NCBI GenBank assembly: GCA_963693365.1
Contig: CAVNZM010000014.1
Coordinates: 558,001-622,000 of the forward strand
Length of the DNA: 64,000 nucleotides
Source: Amoebidium appalachense
Lineage: Eukaryota; Protista; Ichthyosporea
Direction of reading: 5' to 3'
Shown here piece by piece: positions 40,222-62,219 of the stretch. Position numbers and translations under genes: made by a program. Under the pieces are notes generated by a model, which was given only the letters and a program-made list of their open reading frames with translations, ran no database searches and was not told where the DNA came from. Every line of letters starts with the position of its first letter. Position 1 is the stretch's first letter.

Positions 40222-41857
40222 ATGTCTTCATCGACCTTAAGAACGCCTACGACACCGTACCCACTGGTTTGTTATGGCATAAGCTGGCTATGCGGGGCTT
40301 ACCAGCCCCCTTTGGCCGTCTTCTGCAAGCGCTGTTCGATACCACTCGCGGACGAGTGGCGGTCAATGGAACATTAACACCCGGTTTTTCCCGTTCTCGG
40401 GGTCTTCTGCAGGGGTCCCTCCTGAGTCCGTTGTTGTTTGACGTTTTCATCGACGATTTAGCCTGCGCCCTCGAACCCTTTGGCCAACTGCATACCCGCC
40501 GTGTACCGGGTCTCCTTTTTGCGGACGATATTGTTCTTTGTTCCTTAACCGAAGATGTCATGCACCAGATGCTTCGTCAGGTGGATCAATGGTGCACCGA
40601 GAATCTCATGACAGTCGGAATTGCAAAGTGTGCTACTTTTTCGAAAAACACTTCCTTTCGATTGGCCGGTCTTCCAATTCCTGTTCAGAGCACCTATGAC
40701 TATTTGGGTACTCCTTTTACTGCACGGGGTATTGATTTCCGCAAGCTCTTCACGGCACGGATCGCTCGTGCGAAGGGTAAGCTTCGCATCGTGTCAAATA
40801 TGTTTCAACGGGAGTCTGTGATCCATCCTGCGAACCTTCTTCTCTACTATAAAACTTATTTACGGCCGACTTTCGAATATGGACTTCCGCTATTGGCCTG
40901 CGCCCCACCTCGCGAGGCGGCCGTGGTGCTGAAAGAGTTCGACGATTTTCAGGGTACTGCGCTGCGCACTTTGTTTCGTACTCGGTTTGTGCCTCTCTTA
41001 ATCAGTATGTTTGGATTGTCATCTTCTGTTTGTCGTATGGAGGAATTGTCTCTCTTCGTTTTTGTTTTCATTTAGTTAGGATACCTGATGGTTACCCTCT
41101 TTATGCTTTCTTTCCCCCCCTCCCTCCATCCCTCTTCCCCCCCGATTCACCAACGCTACTTCTGAATGTCCTCAGCCTACCCTCTTTCAACCTGATTCTT
41201 CCTTTATCTCACTCCCTCTTTCTTTTCTCTTCCTGTTTTTTCTGCCTTTTCGCGTTATTACCATACGCAGTATAAGTTTCTTTCTCGTTCTGATAGAGAA
41301 ATCAAAGGTAAAACTCAGTCGGCATGTGTTATGTTCGTTAGGCAACACCGTACTGATCATTATCGCTTTTTGGGAGCTTTGGCAGGATATATTTCTCCTG
41401 CTGTACGTATGGATACCTCCCTAGTAGATAAGTCTGTATGGTGCTCTGATGTTGATATTGCCTGGGAAGTTGTGCAGTGGCGTTGTAATTTTTGTTTTCA
41501 TCGCCGCTGGTGCCACTTTTGTGCTGAACTTTTTAATCGCCAGCATGTTGATAGGTGTGAGTTTTTATGTCGCGTTTTACCTCTTTCCCTACGGGCGTCT
41601 GCTACACTGGCTGGCAATGTGTTCACTTTAGACTTTTTGTTGAATTCTGTTGGTCGTCACATTGAGTATATATATATGATTTTCACACAGTGTTCAGGTA
41701 TCTCAGTATGCACTTGTTACTGGATAACTCGTGAAGTTTTTATTCAACGGATCAATAAACCCGAGTCAAAAGAAAAAAGTTTTTATTATCTTCTCAGTAT
41801 GCCGGGCATACTTGCATATCTTTCCGTCGAATAAATCCGTCAAAAGAAAAAAAAATT
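40222..41857 (+). mobile_element. 5'-truncated, degenerate non-LTR retrotransposon (LINE): RT domain plus C-terminal Cys/His motif
   Basis: RT motifs VFIDLKNAYDTV, GLLQGSLLSPLLFDVFIDDL, LFADDIVL, YDYLGTPF. Frameshift/stop near 41050-41075, then WCHFCAELFNRQHVDRC. Ends in two AATAAA..GTCAAAAGAAAAAA tails (about 41754-41778 and 41830-41856). No TSD seen. Confidence 0.9.
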
Positions 41858-42281
41858 CTTAGTCTTTATGGTGTCTCGTAGAGAAAGTAAACCCTGATAT
41901 ATAGTCGTCACTCGACATCTATGTACATAATCATGATATACAGCTGAGGGGATATTCCGAGCAAAACCCCCCCATTACTGAGACTGGTCTCTCTTTGCCT
42001 CGAGTAGACAGCGTAAACCCCACTGATATTTGGATGGATGCTTCCTATTGGTCAATAAAGGGATTGCTTGCACACCAATCGGTGACCGTCTAAGTTTTCT
42101 ATTTTTAGTTTTCTGTGTCGCGAATATTTTATCAGTCAGAACTTGAAGTTGCGAATCTTTGAAGAACCAATTCACTACTAACTGCAAAACCATTATCATT
42201 CTCTAGGTTGACTGACAATCATTCACTAAGTTGCTTACAAAACACGTTATTTCAGAGCTCTAGTAGAACCTAGTCGTAGGC

Positions 42282-50105
<7,824 letters not shown>

Positions 50106-50144
50106 GTGAAAAGGGGGGGGGGGGGGGGGGGGGGGGATGTTGGA

Positions 50145-50600
50145 GTTTTATTCACTACAGTAATAAAGGTGTTTCGTGTACAGCGGATTTTCTTAGAACT
50201 TTCATCAAATGTACATGTGCAATGTGTACATTATGGCTAGTTAGTGTGTTTGTGTATGTGTGCCACAGCGACTAAACGAACTTTTGCCTGTACGAACTTG
50301 CGCTGTTAACTATCTAATTACCGGCATTTACTGTAGATATATTGAGAATTAGAACTTGGCTACAGCCCTCATGTGTACAGGTGCGATTTATTACACATGT
50401 ATCCACATGCGATGATTAAAAGATATCACACGGTTTACCCACGCGTGTTAATATCGCACGGTAAATCCAGTGTAAATATCACACGATATATCCACGTGTG
50501 TAAATTATCACACGGCATATTAATTAACGTGTGTAAAAACCACACGTAATATCCACGTGTGTAAATATCACCAATTACATGTTATCCTTCTCTGTGACTA
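50145..50600 (+). repeat. Dispersed repeat family B, copy 1, with internal ~25-bp subrepeats (ATATCCACGTGTGTAAATATCACACG)
   Basis: Shares colinear blocks TACATGTGC..GTGTACATTATGGCTA, CCACAGC.ACT, ACCGGCATT..TAGATATATT, GGCTACAGCC and the subrepeats with 55875-56290. Confidence 0.7.
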
Positions 50601-51057
50601 TCACATAGTTTATCCAAACGTTTATGTTTGGGGTTCCGACTAGTGCACTGTTGCCATTAATTTAACCCTCAAATCTATGCTGGCCTAATGTGCTATTGTG
50701 TTATTTCCAGGTTGTGCAATGCGATTTTTTTTTTTATTATTATTTTTTTTTTTGCCCCAATAAAGAAACCGTAATAATCTCTACGATCACGGTGGGCAAT
50801 CAGCAAGTGTTGATGCCTAGTTGTCGACGTCATACACACACACATCCACTTCGTACGTGCATATGTGAGTGTGTCTGTTTGTGTGGTTGTAGTGTTTTAT
50901 GTGTGTTTTGGTGTGCCTGTGCCTGTCTTTGTGCCCATGTACATGTCCGTGTGTCTGTGTATGTCTGTTTGTGTGTCTGTCTCCCTGTGTGTTTAACATG
51001 CCCACAACCGTACATGAAGAGTGAAGGCCCCTCTGTGGTATTTCACGGTGCACACAC

Positions 51058-51209
<152 letters not shown>

Positions 51210-51590
51210 CACACGCACACACACAACACACACACGTACAGGCGCTCGCACGGATATCCTAGCACATTCGCCCCCCTCAGGCTGCGAGCAAACTCACACG
51301 CACACGGAGTCATGCAATTGCGCTCACCCACCTACACACACGCGCGTGCACGAATCATATCTTAATATAACATGACGAATAAGTACGAGAAGACACGAAA
51401 ACCCCTGGTGAAAACCCCCCCATAGAACTACATAAACCCCCTGGGTGCAGATATTTCCTGGTGCAGAAGTTTCCTGTGACCCGCCCCCTTCCCCTCCCTT
51501 CCACCCCCCCCCCCCCCCCCCCCCCCCCCCACACACACACACCTTCTATCTCTAGTTAGGACTACCTCTTTGTGCGAGATACAAAAAAGG

Positions 51591-51629
<39 letters not shown>

Positions 51630-52788
51630 ACCCCCACCCCGGAAAGCCCTGCCTGCAGGATCAGAGACACTAAGTTGATTGACTCGATTCCGAATGCAAG
51701 ACGACTGCAACACAAATTTTCCCACTGCACTTTCCTGCTTAGGCTAGTCGCTGAACTTTGCCCGGCAACAGTCAAAGCATTATCATATCAGAATACCGAG
51801 ACTCTGGCCCAAAACATCACCTTGTGCTCCCGGGACAACAGCTAGGCCTGCCCTAACACAGCTCTCGGCACTTGAATCCACCTCCCCCCATCCTCCTGTC
51901 CCCAAGTTCTCCCCACGGGCTCCCCCCCCCCCCCTCCCCCCTTCCCCCCTCCCCAACAACCACCACCCCCACCCCCACCCCAACCCCAATTACTTGCAAG
52001 TGCAATCAGGCCACCGATTAACAGACTAGGGGGGCTGGTGCTAATATTAAAAAGTTCAAAGACTAGGGGGGGGGTCTGGTTATGAGAATTTCCCTGTGTG
52101 GTAGGGGGGTCTAACGTAATGTGGTGGTGCTGTGGGGTTTACTAATAGGGTGGTGGGATGTGTGTGGTATCCCATGACATGTCATGTAGGCTGGTGGTGG
52201 CTGCTGTTCGTCTATGTATATGGGTGTTGTGGGTTACACTCCTCGACTTTCCGGTATGTTGTCATATACTACGATGGCGCTCATTGTTGCCTAGCATGTA
52301 AATATGCCACTGGCTGCATTTGATTGGCTGCGCTGGAAAACGCAGTAGGCCGTCGAATGTGGCTGGGCCTCCGGCAGTGTCCAAGCAATAAAAGTGTGTA
52401 AACCCCCACTGCATTTGGGGCAAGCCGGCTATTGTTTTGGGGTGGTTTTTTTTTTTTTTTTTTTTTTTTTGTGCTAGGTGTTGTGACTCGTTTCTTCCTA
52501 TGGGTGGCGAATCTAGGTTTGTGGTTTTTGTATCTGTGTTTGTATGGGGGTCGGAGGGTAATGTCCTAGATCTAGGTTCCACATGCTATAGAAACCATTC
52601 TCAGATATACAGACATATTGGCCAATATGTGGTGTGTCGTGTTCGAAGGTGGTGACCCCCAGTACGGGTTTCTTAAACCGACAATGAACAATCAGGGTGT
52701 AGGGAATGCGCTGAGACATGCGCTATTTCCGTTTTATTCGAAAGGCCATGACCTCGTGTGGTGTTCCTACTCACTTTAATCACTCTTC

Positions 52789-54030
52789 TCACTCTTCCAC
52801 AGTCACAGTGCCTGGCAGTGTGCACGTGATAAGTGGCATATCCGGTTTGGGGATGCACGACACATCTTCACCAGCTCCCTTCTTTAAAAGGGAAGGCAGG
52901 CTCGAACAATAAACCATGCCAGTGAAGTAGGGTACCATTGGTTGTTGGTGCACGTGTTGGGTGCCATGGTGCAGCGGCAGCACGGTCCTCGTGTCAGCTT
53001 GCAAGGGCCTGAAGGGGTTGTGTGTGTTAGTGCTTGCCTCCTTGTTATGCATTTCCGTAAAGGATTATTAGAACTTTGCATTTCCGTAAAGGATTATTAG
53101 AACTTTGCATTTCCGTAAAGGATTATTAGAACTTCGATGATAAAAGGAAACGGTACGAGAGACAAAAGAACGTGAAGTTAAAACAGTGATAAAATCTTAA
53201 AAGATCCAACAAAACGTGTCAAAGGCAATTTACTTCCCAGAGTCATCATACGGAACCACAGAAACATATCTATACATCATTCTTTACAAATCACAAATGA
53301 CAATAAAAAACAATCGACATACAAACACATAGTTCGAAAACGCTGTTAAACGCAAAATTCATGCAGGAATACAAAGAATAAAGAGGAACAAAAAAGCCAT
53401 TCCACCATTCCGACCACCCCACTTTTATTTTGAAGTCATGTGGCAGTAAGTGCGTCCAGCAGGGGTGCCAGGGTCGCAGCCACCCACCTGTGGTCCAGTG
53501 CCGGCATGGACAGATACATTGGGTTGGTGTGGAGGGGGGCACTGCTGCGCCCTGATAAAGAAAAAAGAAACACATGTTAGGGGTGTTGGAAAAGAAAACA
53601 CGTGTTGGTGACGTGGACGAATGAAATCACTTCATGGGCAGTGACTTCCACGGCTCTTTCACTTTTGGGGATATCCGGGGGAAGGGTGTGTGGATGGGTG
53701 GATGGGTGTGGGTGGGTGGGTGGGAGGGGAGGGGGGGGGAGGAGGGAGGGTGGGTGGGTGGGGGGATAGCACTGGCAAGTCTGTCTCAGAGATGGATTTT
53801 ATGTGCAAAAAAAAAGATCGTTCCCTCCAACCCCCTCTTAGCCCTTCTTGCTCACTTGAGGGTGGTCTGGGCTCTTTTAGCCAATCAAAACACACCGATA
53901 TTTATAGAATTTTGCTTCACGTGCTCACTTCTTTGTGGCCACACACCTGAACAACAAGAAAAACACCCACTCACATCCCCTCCCCCCACAGCAGCAGAAT
54001 TCGGAAGCACAACAGAAAGCCAACCTCTGC
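52789..54030 (-). CDS. Putative orphan spliced gene, 3' exons only; Cys cluster and NPxY motif
   Basis: Candidate exons 54030-53975, 53551-53488, 53008-52789 have good pyrimidine-AG acceptors and GTGAGT/GTGGGT donors and join without stops: QRLAFCCASEFCCCGGRGWRSSAPLHTNPMYLSMPALDHRPLQADT..TVEE*. No start or homology recognised. Confidence 0.4.
53048..53134. repeat. Three perfect tandem copies of a 29-bp unit (TGCATTTCCGTAAAGGATTATTAGAACTT)
   Basis: Visible directly; no spacers between copies. Confidence 0.92.
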
Positions 54031-54865
54031 CTGAGAGATATAGTTAAGGTGGGTCCTTCTGCCTTCCCCTTGTCCCTGCCGCCCGCTCTCCCCCCTCCCC
54101 CCTCCCCCTCCCCCTCCCCCTCCCCCTCCCCCCTCCCCCCCCCCGCCCCCGGCATTTCCTTGTCCCTACCTCCAAAGCCCCTTATCAGGCAAAGAAGAAA
54201 ACCATTTGAGGTGCTAAGAGCATGAACATTTATCAAGTAAATATCCCCCCCCCCCCCCCCCCCCCCCCCCCCAAAGAAAAAAAAAAAAAAAAATCTTAGC
54301 AGCAGCACCTTACTGACTGTCTCCTCTCTGACCACAGGCAATGGCAGTGATTGGCCAATCAGCAGCAGCCAACCAGATGACGAGAGGAGTGCAAAGAAAA
54401 ATGGATTGTAACGGTTAGTGTTTGGGATAGTTTATAACAAACAGGCTTGATAGACAACACATAGTAGACACATTGTAGTTTCATATCTTCAGTGTTTTGG
54501 TTTGGCTGCAGCTATATGTGCACCTTTATTTTAATGTGTGTTTTTGTTGTTGCTTTGTTGTGTTTTGCACACATGTGTTTGTTGCTGCTTGTGAGTTCTT
54601 TCTGCTGCCCACGCCATTCATCCACCGGAGGCAATATCTGGGGCTAAACCACACTTTCGTGATACTTGCCTGGTACCGAAATTGTTTTTTACTCCCAAAT
54701 ATTGGCTGTCCGGGAGTTGGGGGTGGAAGAAGGACGATGTACATACATACCTGCAATGCATAAAAACACACTTTATTGTGTCGTATTTCCTTTTCCATAT
54801 CTTTTCCATTTTCGATTTTTGTTTTTTTTTATCTCATCTTCACATTGGTGTACGTGTGTGCGCGC

Positions 54866-54901
<36 letters not shown>

Positions 54902-54936
54902 TTTGTTTGTTTGTTTGTTTTTTGTTTTTGTTTGGA

Positions 54937-54998
<62 letters not shown>

Positions 54999-55284
54999 CG
55001 AGTAGCACGAGCAGCTACACCTCTCATCTAGGGCAAAAGTTTGAGTCGGCAGTTGCTGATAAATTGAAACGCATGGAAACACAAGCATGCAACATATACC
55101 AATATTTTTGAAATATGTGCTCTTATGTAACTTTACCGAGATAATGTGATAACTCAAATTTCTCAAAATAACAACGAACTGTGAAGTGTTTGTGTAGTGG
55201 AATGGTGGGTGGCAGGGCCACCGAGACGATCAAGTCGTAGTATAAACCATCTATTATCCAAGAAAGAGTCTTGCAAATGTACCG

Positions 55285-55347
<63 letters not shown>

Positions 55348-55839
55348 ACGTGTGCGCGTGCCTGGCTTGGCCTACTGGATATAACTTTTCAAATATCAGA
55401 GTTTTAGCCTGAACCTGGGAGAGGCCCAATGTGAAGGGGGGGGGGGGGGGGAGGTTGGAAGGGGGGGGGGGGGGGGGGGGGGGTTAGCGTTCCCTCAATC
55501 CCTTCCCTGCCCGGGGATGGGGAAGGGGAGAGAGTTTGCCCGCCTCCCCAAACCATAACAGTAGGGGTGGCCATAGGTCCCCCGTCTCCCCCCCCCCCCC
55601 CCCCCTCCCCCCTCCCCCTTCCCCCCTCCCCTTCCCCAATTCTATCCTCAATTCCCATCATGTTGTGCTACCCCCCTCCCTCCCCCCCCCCCCCCTCCCT
55701 CTCCCTCTGAGGCAGGGGAAGAAGGGGGGGGGGGGGGGGGGGGGAAGAGGGGGTCGGGTGGGGGGAGAAGGGGTGGGAGCGGGAATAGTGGTTTGAGGAG
55801 AGGGCGGGGGGTGTGGGGGGAAGGGGGGGGGGGGGGGGT

Positions 55840-55873
<34 letters not shown>

Positions 55874-55874
55874 T

Positions 55875-56290
55875 TTTTAGCCACCAATAAAAGTGTATGT
55901 ATATACTGGGGATAAAGCAGACCGAGAGCTCCGACGGCAATTTATTCAGACTACATGTGCTATAAGTGTACATTATGGCTATTAACACATTTGTGAGGCC
56001 GTTTTTACCACAGCAACTGATACGAGCTATTGAATATTTCACCGGCATTGACCTTAGATATATTTAGAAGTAGATATGTTGCCTTGCGGCTACAGCCTTG
56101 TTGATATTAATCTGTCTGTGTATTTGATAAACGTGTATCCACGTGTGCAAATATCACACGGTATGTCCACTTTATGTAAATCTCCCAAGTTACATGCGGC
56201 AACTTATCACACACCATAATATTATCCGCGTGTAAACATAACACGGTATATCCACTTTTCATTACCCCACGGTATATCCACGTGCAGACT
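55875..56290 (+). repeat. Dispersed repeat family B, copy 2
   Basis: Diverged direct copy of 50145-50600. Confidence 0.7.
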
Positions 56291-56626
56291 ATCACCCGGG
56301 TTGCAGGACACATGCAAAGGTAAACATTCAAGTATTCAAAATCAGCAATGCGGGGGGGGGGGGGGGGGGGGGGGGGGGGAGGATACCAAGTGCTGTATGT
56401 GGTCGGTGGGCCCAGGTTGCACTGAGGCTTGGAAAACAAAGCGGTGATGCCATAGTGTGGGTGGCTCTGTAGATTCTATTTGCCAATTCGAATTTGAATG
56501 CTTTTACGGGGGAAATGGCGGGCGCGGGGGAGGGAGGGAGGGGGGGGGGGGAGGGGGTCACGCTTGCTAGGGGCATACGTCACACATTCTTTGTGTGAAG
56601 GACGGGTGGGTGGTTTTCCATTTTTT

Positions 56627-56662
<36 letters not shown>

Positions 56663-56745
56663 TCCGTTATAAAACCATGCTGGTTGTCTGGGCACACATC
56701 GGCATTACACCCCGACACCCACGGTACCAGTGCCTCACACACATG

Positions 56746-56778
<33 letters not shown>

Positions 56779-57120
56779 TTTCTTGCCCCCATGCACGATT
56801 GCAGATAGATGCATCCGAATCGAAGCACCAAAATTCGGCCTCCTTGCAACACCGGTAAACAATCTGTGCTCACAAACGCACTCAAATTTGACGATATATA
56901 ATTTCATTGTTACAATTAGCATCAGATATGAAATCATTACAACTCGTACGCCTCGAGGCAGATAGCTAATTATGGACTTGCAATGAACGATACCCTACAC
57001 CATTCACAAGGGCATTTCGTGATATAATTACAACAAGTTCTAATCCGATATAACATAGAACATATCTAATAATAACAATCCGATATAACATACAAAAAAT
57101 CCAAGTATCAAATCCAAGTA

Positions 57121-58468
57121 TCAATCCTCTAATGCTATTTCCGATAACTGCTTCTGTTGCACCATCACATCATGTAAATCGCTACAACTACTGCTCGAAC
57201 CCACATTCCCACTCAACCGCGACTGGCCCCCACTACCCGCAAACCACCTCCTCCTAATATACCCCATACCCCCCATTTTTTCATGTTGTGGTGATCTATT
57301 TACAGGAGGGGTTAAACTTCCACTGTTTCTTGTACATTTGCTACTAGTAGCTAACCTAAATCTGCTGTTCAACAAAGGTGAACTCGCACTAGCCGTCGCT
57401 GGCTCTTTTCCCTCATTGGTCGCCTGGGATGATAAAGATATATCCTGCGTGGATGCACTAGGGAGGCTATCACTATGTGGCCGATAAGAAAATCGCTCCG
57501 CAAGACGCCTAAGCCCAACAGTGGTACGAGCCTGAATTCCCTTTGGGAGATTGCTGTCACTTTTCGATCGTCTGATTAGCCCATCACCATCCACCGTTAT
57601 TGCTCCTGGGGCCAATGTTGCCGCGCTTCCCGGCTGCTGCACCTTAACGTCATCTTTATCTTTATCCTTTTTGGGGGGTAATCTCTCCGATTCCGTTGCC
57701 AGATGCGCGACAAATCGTGTGTATCCGTCTCGATCCATCAATCGGAAAGTTTTTTCTTGTGCCTGTTGAAACACCGGCCCACCTTTCCTCCTAGCTACAT
57801 CTGAAAGTGTTTGTGTGCGTGTTTCTGCGTCGAGGTTAACCTGTTGTGGGGCGCCGTCTATGATAAACTTGTTGCACAGAGCACATGCCTGCTCGTACCA
57901 CTGGTCTCCCCCGCTAGTGTCATTGCGAAAATCGGAATTGAATTCGCAGCATTTTCGCCAAAATTCGAAATTTTCCAGGCACTGGTGGTTGTCTAGAAAC
58001 GCCACAAACTGTTCACGTAGGCCGTTTTGCCCTGCGTAGAGTGGCGATCGTAGGATGTCTGATAGCGGTGGCAGCTCATTTTTTTCGTCTGAAACAGATG
58101 CCCTGCTGGACAAAAGCGTGGTCCTGTGTTGAAGAAAACCAAAATCAGAACAAATTCAAAGGCACTGTCTGTGAAAAAATAACGACTGCCGTTACACTAT
58201 TCATGTAAAGTTATAAAATACACCGGCAGCACACGAGCATACACATATGAAAGCAGGCATGCACCCACGCGCACACACATGCAGGCACACACACGTAGGC
58301 CCTCAGCCACACATGGACGTAAGCACGGGGATGATGTGGTCACAGGCGTTAATTTGGACTGTTGCAGAAACTCGATATTGGTGACAGTGTGTGCTTGTGC
58401 AGTCGTGTGGGCTTCAACCACTTCCTTATTAAACCGTGGTGGCAAAGGCGGGGACTGGTTTGGTGGTA

Positions 58469-58545
<77 letters not shown>

Positions 58546-58546
58546 C

Positions 58547-58594
<48 letters not shown>

Positions 58595-59258
58595 CTGTGT
58601 TTGTGGGTGGCTTGGGGTGTGCGGGGGGAGGGGGGGGGGGGGGGGGGGGGGTTGCCAGACAAAAATCGAGACACGCCAAAAAGGGATGCCTCTAACGTGG
58701 CGTAAGGACGATAATGCCCTTCCTTCCCTACCTCCCCTTATTTCTTTTCCTCCTCCTTTCAATCCATTTAACTAACAGCACCACTGTCCCTACCCGGCAG
58801 ACATCCATCCCTTGACCGAACAACCAGCAAGAAAAACAGCCGGGACACGACGTTAGTGAGAGGTAGGAGAAGGGCCGCAGGGTGATAAGAAAAGAGCAGT
58901 GACAAACAGATTTTTTTTTTTAAAAAAAACCAAACAAACATGACCAACCAAACTAGCCTCCCCCCTCCCCTCCCCCCTCCCTAAAAAAAAAAAAAAAAAG
59001 AATAAAATAAATCAAATAAAAAAGAATGAAAACCTACACACACATGCACATGTCCGTTCGCTTGTTACCTTGACCCTGTGCATGGACAGCAGAGTACAGA
59101 TCGCATCTACCCGACGAACAACAAAGTGCAAAAGACAACAGTTTGGTTCCAAAAAAAGACAGTTTGCATGTAAATAGACCAGTTTGCTCACCTGTGGTGG
59201 GGCATTGCTGCATGTGGGCAGGTGGTTGAGCCAAGATGAATATCGGCTAGCCCTGCAT
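57121..59258 (-). CDS. RGS (regulator of G-protein signalling) domain protein with a long Ser/Arg-rich disordered C-terminus
   Basis: Exon 58123-57121: [66 protein letters not shown]. Phase-compatible upstream exon 59258-59192 (..AMPHHR). A further donor near 61069 may belong to a UTR or first exon; the start codon is uncertain. Confidence 0.88.
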
Positions 59259-59764
59259 CTGCACAGAGAAACACAGTCAGAAGACTGCTTACTGTTATAT
59301 ACACCTCCCCCAACTCCCCTCCCCCTCCCCCCTCCCCCCGGCTCCTGCCCCCCCCCCCCCCCCCCCTTCCCCCTTCTTTAGGCCACCCCTCCCCCCTCCC
59401 CTTAGGTTACCCCGCCCCCCTCCTCCCCTGAAAATAATATAAATAGAACCAAGCCAAACCAAAAAAAAAAGGAAAAATCAAATGAGTGTGTGCACACACA
59501 TACACACACGCACCCGGGCACACAAGAACACATACACCACACACACAAAAACACACAATGCATCACCAGTGCCACCGCCATCACAAAAAGATGAAAACAG
59601 AAAAAAGGCAGTTGGGTGAAAGTGGGTGAAAAAGCTCCCCCCCCCCCCCCCCCCCTTCCCCCCTGCAAAAAATAACCACTCTATATGTGAAACTGTTTCG
59701 TTGAGAGTGGAGGAGAGAAGGATAAAGACGATGCGGCAGTTCGGAGGGAGGTGTGTATGTGCGG

Positions 59765-59833
<69 letters not shown>

Positions 59834-62052
59834 CGTGCACGAACGAAGGTGAGGAGGGGATGTTTGGGAGGGTGAGCAACCGTGAAGCCACCACACAGCG
59901 ACTCCACAACAAAACTAACACAATCAATAAACGAAAAATGTTGTGGAGGCTCGCGACACCCGAATGAGCAAACCTTCAAAGAGAGGTTCCCACGCCTCCA
60001 CACGGCTAAGAGTGAATGTGTAATTGCCAACCAGCCAATTGATCTAAAATCAGGTGAGCCAAAAAGAATAAGCAGGGTGGGTCAAGATGCAGTTATTAGT
60101 GGGGCGGGGAAGGGCGTGGGGGGGGGGGGGGGGGGGGGGTTAAAACAGAGTGCATATGAAGAAAGGAAAGAGGACAGAAGGGTCGGCAGATCAACATAAG
60201 GTTTAGAAACTTGACAAGTAGAGGATAAGGGCAGGAGAGCGAGTGCGGGGGGGAAGGAGGGGGAGGGGGGAGGGGGAGGAGGAGGAGGCAGATTGTGTGT
60301 TGGTGAAGGGGGAAGGAGGGGGGGGAGGGGAGGGAGTGGGGGGACTCTCCTGCAGGAGTAGCTATTCGAGAAGGAGGAAAGATGTGGTTGGCCGGAGGGG
60401 TGAGTGGAGAAAGGGGGAGTTTGGGGGGGGGAGGGGAGGGGGGGGGGGGGAGGGGAGGGGCAAGGACGGAGACTTCCGAGGCAGGCAGGATTACACCGTG
60501 AGACACAAGAGTTGATGGGAAACGCTTGTCTGTGTGTAATTATGTTTCTCTCCCTCCAATCCCCCCCCCACCCCTTCCCTCCCCCCCCCCCCTCTCCCCC
60601 CCCCCATCTCTCCTTCCTGTTTATGGGACGCTGGGAGAAAGGGACAATAAAAAACCGTGGGTGTCAAGGATGCCTTTCAGAATAATAGTGAGGAGCCACA
60701 TGGCCAGAGGAGAAAGATAGAGAGTGTGACAGAGGGAAAGGCGGTCAAGAGGGGGAGGGGGAGAGGGAGGACGGAACGCGAGGTTCTATGCAAAAGCCTG
60801 CCAGGTGAACCCAGAGAGAAACTGAAACCTGTATCTCGGGGTGTAGATCCCAAACACTAACAATGTGATGGGGCGGAAGGTGTGTGTGTGCGTATGTGTG
60901 GAGGGGGGAGGGTGAGGGGGGGGGGGGGGGGGGGATGGAGTAACAAGGGGTGGAGGGGGGGGGGGGAGGAAGAGAGGAGGTGAGAGGGAGGGGGTAAATA
61001 GAACAACAGATGAGGTAGATTGGGCCTCCCTCTCCCCGACCTGTGACCTATACCAGGTTTCTTACATACCTGTCCCAATTGTGTGCTGCTGCTGTGGCCT
61101 GCCGTACACCTATCAATCAGCTGATGCATACGTAGAGGAACACACGATAATTTGTGACAGCACCGATTGATTGTGAAAACGTGACCCACAGTGTGTCCTT
61201 TCAACATTCACGGTCTTTGTACTAGTTGTTGGGAAAAGGGCATAACTTAAACGCACACAAGCCAGAAAAGCATTATTGCTAAGTAGCTGTCTAAAGTTAG
61301 CTCCAAGCCGTTTTGCAGTGACTTTCTATAGAAGAAAGAACGAACCACTGGTGAACATAAGTACCCAGCCCTCTCTCTCTGGAATTCGCCGATATCAAGC
61401 GAGTGACTTATGAGCGATTTCGCCTGTCGAGCTTTGACGATTCGAACCAGGAGTGACCCAAAACCGGAAGTTCGAACCAAGAGTGAAGGTATTGTGGCAG
61501 ACACGCAAGATAGCCACAAGAAAAAAAGTGTAAATTAGAGATAAAAAAGAAAAAGTTTGGGCTAGTAAATATCCCACTAACAAAAATTCGTTCCAGCTGC
61601 ATATTCAACACTCTAAATGCTTGTCTAAGGGGACTGAATCAAAAGGTCTGATCTGTTAATTTGTTTCGGGCTGGTCGGCTCGACCCACAATTATTCTGCA
61701 ATCACACAACCCTGAAATCTGTCCTCAACCACGGCCGTCTGCACACTGCAGAGTTCAGAGCGGCTGTCAGACTGTGTGTGCGTGTGGTTCGCAGGTTGGC
61801 CCAAGTTGTTGTGTTTGGGTAGGGTTTGCCTCGGCATATATGCGGGTGTAAGTAGTGGTATGGTGGTCGTAAGGTACACCGAGTTTATTGTAATGAGTCT
61901 AGGTAGCTCACTCTGAAAGACAGTAGAACCCGTTACTTTGTGTGGCGAAGGTGTGCCGCCGTTCGTGACTTCAAACGTGAACACAGTGTATTTTTACTTG
62001 TGTGTGGTAATTTACAGAACAAACACAGCGGGATCTTTTCAAAGAACCAAAA

Positions 62053-62145
62053 ATGTCGGTGGAAATTGAATCGTCAGAGTAAGTGTCTGTGTGCTCATGT
62101 GATGAATCATCTCTTTTTCTCCGTGTCTCCCTCCATCTTCTCGTT

Positions 62146-62219
<74 letters not shown>

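Noticed and set aside
51658-51845. Non-repetitive open stretch (IRDTKLIDSIPNARR..)
   Set aside because: No motif and no partner exons; may be UTR or a decayed element.
53048-53134. 29-bp repeats as a CRISPR array
   Set aside because: Repeats are directly adjacent with no spacers, the context is eukaryotic, and there are no cas genes.
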